This document shows positions 27,141 to 39,912 of a DNA stretch of 64,000 nt, piece by piece. A model generated the notes under the pieces. It made no database searches. It was not told the DNA's origin and was given only the letters and a program-made list of their open reading frames with translations. The position numbers and the translations under genes are program-made. Source of the stretch: Microbotryum violaceum (Eukaryota); contig CDLV01000011.1 of NCBI GenBank assembly GCA_001244265.2, positions 806,001 to 870,000 of the forward strand, read 5' to 3'. Numbering within the stretch: the stretch's first letter is position 1; the number at the start of each line of letters is the position of its first letter.

Positions 27141-27998
27141 GTGTTGAATTGCATTCTGTCAAGCCTTCGAGCACTTCGACTTTGGGCCGCCGTTTGACGG
27201 GCTTGTCCGCCTTTCGCCTCGCGCCACCGCAAGCCTCCACCGCGCCCCCTGTCCCTCGAGCCTCGCCGCATGACGCTTGCGCCCAGCCTCACTCCTCGAC
27301 CCATGTGCACCGTTGTCACCTCATCCACATCTTGGCCAGTCTGCCCGTCGTTGCCAGCTTCGTCTGCTCTGCCATGCTCGCCACCACGCGCCCTTGCCTC
27401 TTGGCACCTTCGCCTCGGCGCCTTCGCAGCGCCCCCTGTTACCCGAGCCTCGTCGCCTGATACACACGACCAGCCTCGCTCGATCGACCCATATGCGCCT
27501 TAGTCAACACGTCCACATTCTGGTCCATCTGTCCGGCCATTGCCTGATTTACTCTGCACGCCTCCGCCGCCTTTCGCCGCTTCCGCGCCAGCCTGTTCAA
27601 CTCACGCTCGCGCGCCGCCGTCTCCACGCCGGGACTTAGTCGATCTACCTCTCCTGTCTTGCCGAACCGTTGCCTCCGTCTAGCCACCGCCAGCTTGCCG
27701 CCACCGTCCTCATGTTCCATCGGCCATCAGAGCATCGCCCATCCATGACGCCCGTCGTTCGCAACCTGGATCTTGTCGCTACGGATTGCCCAGCTCACCA
27801 ACACTCGACCATGGTAGATAAGTTTTCCCTCGTGTCCGTTGTCCAACACAACCCCTCTTGAAGCCTCACGATGGCACACTTTGAGTCTGGTCCTTGAAGC
27901 TTCGCAACGTGCCCGCCCAGTTTGCCTTAGTACCTTTGCGCGCGCCCTTGCTAGAACCTTGTCAGACTCGCGCGCTCTTGCGCCTCTCCCTCTTCTCT

Positions 27999-28110
27999 AT
28001 CGTTTCACTCGCCTATTCAGACAGCTGAGATTCCATAGAGAACAGGTCCGTTGCAATTGCATCATCGTTTCACTCGCCTATTCAGACAGCTGAGATTCCA
28101 TAGAGAACAG
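27999..28110 (+). repeat. Exact 47-bp direct duplication with 18-bp spacer
   Basis: ATCGTTTCACTCGCCTATTCAGACAGCTGAGATTCCATAGAGAACAG at 27999-28045 and 28064-28110. Confidence 0.95.
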
Positions 28111-29559
28111 ATCGCTCGGCTACGCTGCGGCCGCCCGCCAGAGTGCGTCCGCTCGCCTCGCGACTTCTCGACCTGGGAGTTCACTGCGACGCCGTCCTGC
28201 CTTGCAACATCCTCGAAACGATCCGGCTCGTGCCGCCTCATGAATCACCAGCGACCCCTGTCACAACTTAACATGAAGAGGTACACGCGCCTCCGCCTTC
28301 GGATAACAGGTTCCCGCCGCCCATAGAGCTTCCACTTCCGCCGCGCCGCCTTGAGCTTGAAGCTTGAAGCTCGAAGCTCGAGCAAACGCCGCAAACTCGA
28401 AGATGACGACGGTTCTCGACAAATTCTCGTCTGAACTTGCAAAGCGATGTAAAAGGGAAGGAGAAAGAGAGGAAGGAGGAAATTCAAGGGGAAGGCAACG
28501 GCAAGGGGAAGGGTAGGGGTACTAGGAATTACGCGGGCGGCAATGCCTGCAGGCACTTGATCGGGACTGGTGTACGACTAGGTCGGAGGTGAGACGGGGT
28601 CAGAGGTGGCCGGAGCTGACGGAAGGGTAGTTACATGAGAGTTTTGTGGTCCTATACGCCTGATATTTTTTCGCTTCTAGGTGCATCCTCCATCGCATTC
28701 GCCATCGCATCTGTAAGCACGAACACTATCATTTTAATTGCAACGCTGCACCTTTTGGTCCCTTTGTGTTGTAGGTATGAAAAGTTAAGTTCGGCCACTC
28801 TTTTGGCGCCAGCATCTAGCTGTATTGTCCGATACTGTGGGCACGCGATCCGAGGCTTCTTCTCATACCCGAGTCTGGTTGTCTCGACATCTCGACTGTA
28901 TCTCGGTGCAGGTTCCAGCTTCTCCGTCCGACTCCTCTAGCACCGAGTCATATCAAACGCGAACTTCAAATAATCCATTGCGGGTTTTCACCGTTTTTGG
29001 ATGCTCTCACGTCTGGGTTCACTTGAAGACCGTTGCAATTCCGCCAATACCAGAACCCACCGATACACAAGCAATGCTGGGCCTCCGACCAGCCGGCCCG
29101 GCCAAGTTTACTCTACATGCATGCCTTCAACTTGAAGTTGCCTCGTGAGTATGTGAAAGCAACAAGTGACCATTCATCCTAGCGCACGACCGTACACTCC
29201 GTATTCTTGAACTCATACAAGGAGCATTTTTTGACCCCACATACTACTCTACCTTCTTCTGCCTGCTTGGTCAGAGAGGCGTTTCATCATTTGGACCCCC
29301 TGAGGCAAGTTATCAGTCGAGTTCACCAGATACAGCACTCTGTGAATAGTCACAGTTCGATCAAAGTTCATAGATAGATAGATAGAAGGGATCGCTAGTT
29401 CATGACTTTAGGAATGGATTTGCCCTCTCCGAAGCAGACAGCACCTTTTCTTGCGAGAAATCGACTCGAGAGCCGGGGCGGGTTCTTGCAGTGCAACCGG
29501 GGCTGGTCTCAGGTTGACAAGACAGATGATTCGAGGCCAACGTTGTATTCAGCTCACAG

Positions 29560-30962
29560 TACATTGATCCGGAAAATCCTAATGAAACTTCGACCCGCCC
29601 ACCGGGGCTCTCAAAGCTTGCCTGCTCCAGCCATGCTGGGGAAGAGAATTCGGTCGCTGCTACGCTCGGCTCAACGGCCCCGCCGTATCCCTCCTGATTT
29701 CCTCGCTACCTGTCTCCAGTCTTTACAACGCACCACAAATCTACACAACGCTAGCCAGTCTTGTGGCGTCGACGCCCCGCTGATCAGTCAGACATCCATC
29801 GCACGTTTGTAACGGTCGACAAGCAGAGCATGGGCATCCCGCTGATGGTCCTACTCGACAAGCGCGAGGAGCCGCTCCTACCCGTGGACATTGCCGAGTT
29901 CTACATATATTCTTACAGGCGAAGAGAGGTCTGGCATCACTACGAGAGCGAAGTCATCTGGCACGCCGTGGGGCAGTCGACGTGGCTCGAGCTCGACTCG
30001 TACCTGCAGGCGATTCAGCAGCGCGTCTGTAAGCACATGGACGAGTGGATGCGGGATTTCAGTGTCAATTTCTTTTCGGAAGGCGTTTGCAAGCAATGGG
30101 CGCAAATTCCAAGAGCCTGGCAGGCTTCTCAGAACGACAGCTGGCGGATCATCACGGACACGGGCTTCCGTGCGTACCCAAGAATGCTCCCCCGTTTCCG
30201 TCGGCTTTAACTGACTCGAGGGCAATCACTTTCATGTGCATTGTGGGGATGCATCTTATGCGACAAGACTTCATCCAACGCTTCAACGACCTACATCCCG
30301 ACCTCAGCCCCCCGCTGCGGGAAGCCGACGACCTCAACCAACGCCTCGTGCCATACCACGGAGGTCTTCTGACATTCCAGCCCGATCGCGCAATCTTTTT
30401 CAAAGATCAGGGCCGTCTATCTACGATGCCGGGACACCTCACAACGGAAGAGATCAGTTATTTGCGCAGTGGGTCCCCTCGTGCTGCATAAGGTAGTGCC
30501 GTCGTTGAGTGTTGAACCAGCCTTTCGACTCTCCCTGCCAGAACGAGGCATTCATTTTGGGCTCCGAGGAGATTCTAGCTCTGGGTTCGACAACGTCGTC
30601 GACGCAAGGTTCTCTTTACCTCCTCCTCTTCCAAGTGACTTGTTGGGTATGCCCGAACTCATCGAGGAGAGTATCGTGAGGAGTCGGAGGCCTGAGCAGG
30701 AAGAGGATTTGGTCACGATCGGAGGTAAAGAAGGCATAAGGATTGCCACAACGTCCGGCATGCCCTGGTGGCGTTGGTACGTGCACACCAAACGTCGTCT
30801 TTTTTGAAGTTGTGCACATAGATTGGGCTCCGGCTTGTTGTTGTACCAAGGATCAGACTGCATACCTCTGGATCCTGAGCCACTTCGAACGTGGGATTCC
30901 GCTCCCGAGGCGATGCCATCTTGAGCCGTGCTAGTACTAGTTGTGGATGCAGGAGGAAGAAG
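29560..30962 (+). pseudogene. Unknown multi-exon gene A, probably disabled
   Basis: Exons joined by GT-AG introns (30169-30220, ~30469-30520); in-frame TGA and TAG upstream of 29761; third-position-biased differences versus copy A'. Confidence 0.6.
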
Positions 30963-31147
30963 AAGGTAACATACACTTCTATGCGGCAGGAAGGTGAGTA
31001 AGCTACCTGACCGGTGGAAGGGTATGGTGCTAATCCCACCGAAGCTCTCGACCAGCCCGAAGTGTCACTGGCATGAGTGTGCAATGACGGCACGGTGTAT
31101 CTCTTGCTTCCCCCAAATACCTACCTCCCATGCCGCGCCCAAGTAAC

Positions 31148-32040
31148 ATGGATTGGGAAGGTCTCGCAACGATCATGTACTTCAATGCGCTCTGGGGCTT
31201 CATGGGCTATTCGTACATGACCCTGGAGATCCAAATCTTCCTGCTATGTTTCTTCGCTGGGATGCTTTTTTCACTGGCCGTCGCAATTTTGGTGGGCAGG
31301 CTCTACCACGCTCCGAGCTCGATGACGTCTCAGACGAGACTCAAGTGAGTTTAATGAGCCACTAGGTACTACCTACCTACGGGTCTTGGTTAAACTTGGC
31401 TGACCCCCAGCAATCGTCGATTTTGCATGTCTGAAGCCGGCGATTGCTCCAAGTGTGGGCACCTGCCACTGTTAGCTGCTCAGCCGGCACCTACATCATC
31501 CTCATCTGGCGCAAGTCTTCGCCCCTCCTCCACCCCGATTTGGGAAAGGCGGTGTCCAATAGCACGGGCAACCTTGTGCTTGTCCTCGCCGTGCTCGTCA
31601 TATCGAGCGCATGCGTGAGCGCTGTCGTGCTCCCAATTCTCTCGTTCTTCGGCCATCTTTTCAACACGTCCCTGTCCTGGGCTCACGTCGCAAATGATTG
31701 GGCAAACTACATGGTTGAATCTCTCGATCTCGAATCGGCACCGATCTTCAGGCCGGCCTGGGAAATATGGACCTTTGCGACCAACGTACTAGCCTTCTTT
31801 CTAGGCCCCTGGTATAAAGGTCCTCGCGGCGAGAGATCTAGACTTTCGGGGACGAGGTGCGAGGGAGTTCTCGAGGGAGGATCAGTTTGGACTAGTACGA
31901 AGCAACTGAACCTGGACGTAGTGGATTTTACTTACACACTAAAGGATTTACCTTCAATGAAGTTTACATGTTGGTTGGTATGTTGCATTACAGCTTTGGT
32001 TTATTCTGTACTGTACAGAAACATGAGGGTAAACCAGTAA
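31148..32040 (+). pseudogene. Unknown multi-pass membrane protein gene B (frameshift and in-frame TGA at 31432)
   Basis: Hydrophobic stretches IFLLCFFAGMLFSLAVAILV and NLVLVLAVLVISSACVSAVVLPILSFF; homologous to 25924-27140. Confidence 0.7.
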
Positions 32041-33030
32041 TCTATATCACGCGCCCAGCTTTTTCTTCACTGAAAAAAAGAACCTGGGCGACTAGATCCT
32101 TTCCATTATTTTTGTCAATTGCTAGAACTGTTGGGGTTCTCGAGAAGGGTAAGCGGTGTGAATGCAAGGCGTAAGGCCCGTGTTGCAAAGGAGTGTGCTG
32201 TATACGTTATATGTGTGAGTTGTTGCTTGCAAGAAGATGCTTCCTCCATTGTAGAAAGAAGGCTGGTCAAGGCCCGAAGTCGGAGAGAGTCAAAAGGAGG
32301 CACTGCAGGAGGAAGATTCGGAGGAACTCGAGCAAGAGGACGGGGATGCGGAAAGCCACTGCAGAGAGAGAGCTGAAGGGAGCAGCAGGAGATGTCAAAG
32401 AGAGAGAGAGGGAAAGGCGGAAGGAGAACACGCGCTTCACGAGGGCGGCAAAGCCCCAGGGAGAAGCAGGGTCCAAAAGCACTGCGAGCAGTCGCTTTAA
32501 GGGGTCTGGCCGAGGAGGGGCAGGGGATTTCTCACTTCCAAAAGGTTTTGAGACCAAACTGTAGATCTTCAACCACTACCCTGGGCACTTGCAACACCAT
32601 CGGGCAACCTTAGAGCATTCCTTTCCTTCTTACGTGCAAATACAATTCATCGTTTCTAAGCCCCGAGTCTTGATCAGTGTTGTTCCAGCGAGTTCCGAAT
32701 GAATTCCTCGGACGAACTTTGACCGCGTTGGAAGTGAATGTCCCGTTCTCCCTTACTGGCCCGGATTGAACGTGCCTTCTTCTTGCCACGAAGTACTCTT
32801 CTCGTTTACATGTCCAAAGGTTCTCCCTCGGCAACGATGTCTTGGTCTCCTGGCTGTTCGAGCATGTCCCACGGTTAAAACCGAGAGTCGAAGTACGTCG
32901 GCTCTGAAACATGACCGCAAAACTTGCGCACAACATCACACTCGGTCAACCCATTTACAGATATCAGCTCATCGCATCCAAGCTGCTCTACACAACAATA
33001 CAAGACTCCCTTCAACCCAACCCAAGCAAC

Positions 33031-35306
33031 CTAAGCAAACTCGACCCCCCACTTCTTGACGGCCCCATCCGCGCCGGATGAAACCAACCCTTCCTCCCCA
33101 TTCCAAACCACGCCACTGACGCCGCCTCTATGCGCATTCTTACTCGCCAAAACGATTGAAGGGTTCTTGAGTGAATAGACCCGAATACTCTCGTCCAATG
33201 ACGCGGCGACGAGGTGCGTTCCGGATTGATTGAAAGCAAGCGCGTGGATTCGCGCCGTCGAATCGGCCCAGCGCGAATGAACGAGTTTGTGTGAAGCGAC
33301 TTCGTACAAGGGGATCTTTCCCGTCGAAAGACCGACGGCGAGGTGAGTCGAATCGGGGGAGAAGGCGAGGGAACTAGCGGAAGCGCGAAGTTCGATGGTC
33401 GAGAGGAGTTGGAGACAGGACTTGTCTTTGGACGAGTAAAGGACAACGGTCGATTGCTCGGTGCCGACCGCGATGTAGGCACCGTCCGAGGAGGCGGCAA
33501 TGCAGGTTGAGGCAACTGGGGTCGAGGACGTCTTGCTTCCGCCGACGATGACTTGGACTTCGATGGAGGTCGCGACGTACAGCGTCCCGTCCGAGGTCGA
33601 CACTGCGAGTCCCTTGGGTTGGCCTGCGGTAGGGAGCGTTTTGGAGCTAGAGTGCGAGATCGTTAGGAGAACAACTTGCTCGTTACCGACTACTCTCCGC
33701 AACTCACTCGAATTCCGTCCCACCCGACAAAGTCTTGATCGTGTCATCGTAACCTGTCGAATAGATCGTCCCCTTGCCGTCCTCGACGAAATCAACGACC
33801 AAACCCGAATGCGCATTCTCCAGCGGTTCCGTCCGACCCGATGCTTCAACGCGCAACACCCGACCCGTCGAATCACCGCTGAAGAAGGTCGAAGAGGATT
33901 GAGGGTCGGCGATGACGGCGGTGGTCGGGTTTTGGTGCCCGTACAGTGTCGAGATTGGAGTGTCGGAACGCGGGTCGAGGACGTTGAGGTTGCCGGAGAA
34001 GGAGAGGGAGACGATCGACGAGCCGGCCCAGACGTTGCCCTGTGAAATGAGATGCGAGGTGATTAGTCATACACGAAGAGGACGTCTGTCCCCTTCACTG
34101 CGACTCACGACTTGCTGCTGCTGCAGGCTGTTGCCGGACGAAGCAAAGTCCCATGCCCTGCCGCCGAACACCCCTCGTCAGTCCCCGATGCACCCCCTTC
34201 ACTCTCTCAAATGTAGTGGTGACTTACTTGACAACCTTGCTCGTCTCAACGTCCCACAATTTGACCTGCGCATCGGCCGACGACGTTGCGATTTGCTTCG
34301 AATCTCGCGAAAAGGCTCCCGCATACACACCCGATGCATGGGCCGCCTGGCCGTCGACCAACTCTCCTTTGTCTTCACCCGTCGTTCCATCGTAGAGGAA
34401 CACCCTCCCGTCACTGCCGGCTGAGAAGAAGAGCTTGCCGTCGGGGGCATAGTCCATCGACTGGACGAAGCGTTGGTGACGTCGCGATTGCGAGGTGAAT
34501 TTGAAGGGGACGCCGTTCATGAGCACGACGGAGAAATCGTCCGAGCCCGTCACAGCTCGAAAAGGTCGTTGGGGACGCATCGCGACGCTATTGATGACTT
34601 TGGAATGACCCGCGACTTCCCCGATCGAGGAACCGGTGTCGAGGGAGAAGGTGGCGCCCCAGGACGAACGCCCTTCCCCGACGACGACGAGTCGCTTCCC
34701 TTCGCCGTCAAAGGCGATGTCGTTGATGCGACTGATGGGTTTGGCCTCGAGTTTGAGCGAGTAGTTGCCGGTCGTGTCCCAGACTTTGAGCGCTCCCGAG
34801 GCATCACCCGAAGCGGCATAATAAGGGGAGATGATCTTGGTCACTGTTACGGGCGCGGCGTGGCCGAGCGAGAGAGTCGGTCCACCAGGATCGAGCGATC
34901 GCACTATCGCGGATCGACCGGAACCGTACGAGATTTGCTTGCCATCCGCGGAGGCACCGAGCTTGGTCGAAACACCGCGGCTGTTTGTCATCGCAATGAG
35001 TGGGAACGAGAGCGGTCGTGTCCGCAAGTGGGGGTCGACGTCGGCCAGGTTGGGGATCATTCCGCAGCATGCAGAGCAGGCCATCGTATGAACAGCACAT
35101 TGAGCGAACAAGAGTCCATTCCGAATCAACGTAATGGTGATATGGGATAATGAAGGGTAGCATCAGCATCTAGCAGCTCCTGGCACCCTGGCACCCTGGC
35201 ACCCTGGCCGTGCTCGTCCAACCACCAGCAAGCTGACTCACGTTGATGTGGGCGCAGGCACGGCATAAGTCGCCTCGTAGGTGATCGTACCCTCATGGAC
35301 GTTCAT
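33031..35306 (-). CDS. AIP1: WD40 actin-interacting protein 1 (Aip1/WDR1)
   Basis: PAPTSTRGVSTKLG; GHSKVINSVAMRPQRPFRAVTGSDDF..GVPFKF; multiple WD repeats ending SSGADGAVKKW. Confidence 0.93.
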
Positions 35307-36092
35307 CGTGGTCCGCAGCGAGGGAAGCGCAAGAGGTCCAAGTGCGGACGGAGGAGGTGGAGCGCGCCGCGACTTTGGCGCGATGACGAGGGAAGTGACT
35401 CGAGGCTAGGCGCGCGCACGGTCCCCTCGTCGTGACTCAACCTCGCTCCCAGGCGCGTCTGTATCCCCCCATGCTTCCACCGTCACCAACCCGTGGACCC
35501 GTCGATCGAGCAAGAAGCGAGGCTTAACACCCGATCACCGTGACTAGACCCCCCCCCCCCCCCCCCCCCAATCCTATCCGAATCACGCTGTGTCCACCAG
35601 CGAATTACCCGTCGGGCCGTCGGTCCCACGTGCCGAGGTCGAAAGAACGCTCATTACCCACTTCGTTCAACGGCAAATTCTTTGGTGATCCGGCCGCGGC
35701 CAAACCCGATGCCAGATTTTCTTCACCATTCCTGAGCCCTCCAAGCTTGGGCCCGAATTTGACTATTTTCGTTTCCGACATCTGCGCCATCTTCACCCAA
35801 GTCAGTCCTGCCGATCGGGGCAAAGGCGGCTCGGTCGTGCAATCGCTCCTTTTTTCATTGTGCAATGAAGCGATAATGCTTGAGCTTACGTCAAGATCGA
35901 ACCGGATAGTGTTCCTTTCGCGCTCCAACCTCGCGTTTCGAAAGTCACGTCCAACCATGTTACTTGATTCACTGCCGCCGAGAAACCCCTCTCACAGCTC
36001 AAACTCGACACCTTTTGCTCGACAAGACGTCCATCTCGTTCATTACACACAATGTATATCGCCCTTCCCGACTGTTCCCTTTTACGACGCTT

Positions 36093-37291
36093 CTAAAACA
36101 CGACGGCCTTCCTCCCCCTCAACCTCGCGACCTCGTCCGCGGTGGCCATCCCTCTCGTCTTTTTGTTCTTGCGTTGTCCCTTGGTTTGCCCGAAACCACC
36201 CATGTCTGCGTGGGTCATAGTACAAAATTGAGATTTCTGAATAAGACGCAGTGAGGAAGAAAGGAGAGGTGGAATTGGACTGACCGACGGGTGTCGAACC
36301 ACCGTGCAACATCGCGACGGCCAACTTGATGACGCGCGTCCCGTTGCGCGATCCATGAACTTTGGCGCTCAGGTCCGAAATTCCTGCTGCCTTGGCTACT
36401 TGGTGGATGTAGTGGTTCACTCGAAGACCAAAGCCTGATGGATACGATGGGAATAAATGGGTCAATTGAGCGAGTTGAGAAAGAGGGGGGGAAAAAAGGC
36501 CATGCCTCGATGAACGTACCGGGTGCCCTGGACCTCATGTGGATCTGGCACGAGCCAAAGTTGCTCTGCATCGTACCCCAAATGGTCCTATCCTCGTAGC
36601 GCTCGACATAGTCCATACTCCTAACGGCCTGGTTGAAGGCCTTGCCGACGGCCTTGTTGGCGGTATCGTCCTTGCCCTCGCCGACGCCAACGAGGCCGTT
36701 GCCGTTGCCGACGACGACGAGCGAGTACATCGCTGGCATCTTGCCCTTGGACTTCATGTTGACGACGCGTTTGGTGATGAGCGGGAAACGGTACAGGTTG
36801 CGGATCTCGATCGGGGTCAACTGAGTGACTGCGCTCAAATGGGCGACCGAATCGTCTTCGCCGGGGGTCGAAGTGAGGTGTTCGGGTTTGGGCTTGGGTT
36901 GTTGGTAGCCCTGGTTGGTGGAGTCGTCGTTGTGGAGGACGATGCTCAGGTCCGAGAGGTTGCCCAATTCGGCTCGCGGGATGAAGAACTTCTTGTCCGG
37001 GTGGATGTCGAGCATTGGGTCGAAAGAGCTCAACGAGGCGTGGTCCATCGTCTGCAACATGCGCAGATTCGGCGCGCCCAGGTCGAAGCGGAGCCGTCGT
37101 TGCCGGGGTCCGGAATCGCTGGTGATCTCGGAGGAAGAAGAGGAGGAAGGGGTGGATTCGGTCTGTTGGCAGCTGCACGCGGACGAGGACAACGGTCGCG
37201 AAGCAGCTGCGGTGGCTATCCGAGTCGACGAGGTCGAAGTCGAGGTGGCGGCTGTTCTGACCAGAGGCCGTAACCAGCTGAGGGACTGCAT
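36093..37291 (-). CDS. MRPS5: Mitochondrial small-subunit ribosomal protein uS5m
   Basis: Presequence-like N-terminus; KRVVNMKSKGK..YSLVVVGNGNGLVGVGEGK; ERYEDRTIWG; GFGLRVNH..AGISDLSAKV.GSRN; DEVARLRGRK. Confidence 0.92.
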
Positions 37292-37400
37292 CGTGGTCGT
37301 TGTGGGTGCTGAGCTGTGATGAAGCGGTGAAGGTGAAGCGGCGTCTGAAGCGACGTCTCTTGGGTCTGCCTCTGTCGCGCGATCAGGCCAAATTGTCTCC

Positions 37401-37535
37401 TTGAGCCAGCCTGAGCCAGCCTGAGCCAGCCTGAGCCAGCCTGAGTTAGCCTGAGCCAATCTTGAGCGCTTGAGTGCTTGGGCCCTCTTGAGCCACGCCT
37501 CAGGCCTCAGGCCTCAGCGCCTCAGCCGCGTGAGG
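37401..37535. repeat. 10-bp tandem array (CTGAGCCAGC)n followed by oppositely oriented CCTCAG units in the MRPS5-HMT1 divergent promoter
   Basis: Directly visible. Confidence 0.85.
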
Positions 37536-38154
37536 CCGCGTGCGTCGGTCGAGTCGTCCGGCCTCGTCTCCGGCTGGCCTCGTCCGGCGGCTCCGCACGC
37601 ACGCCTCCGCCGCGACTTCGCAGCCGGCTCAATCTGGCTCAATCCAAACTGATCCGCACCAAGTTGAAGCGCGTAGGCTCGCGACCGGCTTGTCTTTGTT
37701 GGCCTCGCACCACATTCTATTCGAACGCTAAATCGTATCTCGAGGCAACCTCCTTCACTTAAGCCTTCGTACATCGTGAGTCGCCTCGTCATAGGCTTGC
37801 TATTCCTCTTGGGAGCCCACGTTCTCGCGGACGCGGGTCCCGGTTCGCACTCGACTCGCTCGGTTCGCAAATTGTCCACGGCGACCCGTACGAGCTCTCA
37901 AAGCCGACCATTGGCTCGGCATCGAAAACCGTTCTGCTGTGGAAACCTCGTTCCCGTGACCATCATCACAAGTAGTGTCGTGCTTGTCCACCTCCCCGGC
38001 CTCTTCCCGGGAGCTGCTCTGGACATCATCGAGAATCTGCCGACGCGTTGAGACCATCTGATCCCTCAGACTGAATGCTGACTATTCATACCCTCTCACA
38101 GCCCTCTTGATTCGCTCCCGTCCCTGGCTCTTCCAAGCCACGTCGACCGCAACC

Positions 38155-39642
<1,488 letters not shown>

Positions 39643-39912
39643 GTTTCGGCAGAGTTGTCTCTTTTCTGTCGTGATTCTTTCTTTTGTTCCTTTCTGATTG
39701 TAGACCAAAAATCGAACTTCTTTTTCAAATACCTACCCGAAAATTGAAAGCTAATCATGCCCACATTTCGCCAGCACATAAATGAATGGCGTCCAGTAGA
39801 TCCATTTCTTGGGCTCTTCCCGACGATTCCTTTAGACAAAGATCGGCTCGATTGACAGAACGGGTTCACGATCATGTGTTTGTACGAAAAGGGAACGAAT
39901 CTACAAAACCCT

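Noticed and set aside
27999..28110. Repeat-spacer-repeat resembling a minimal CRISPR
   Set aside because: Only two repeats, an 18-bp spacer, eukaryotic context and no cas genes
30925..30945. CTAG as a Helitron 3' end
   Set aside because: No clear upstream hairpin, and homology with A' continues past it
35540..36220. ORFs between AIP1 and MRPS5
   Set aside because: No recognisable domain or convincing gene structure; they overlap the MRPS5 3' end
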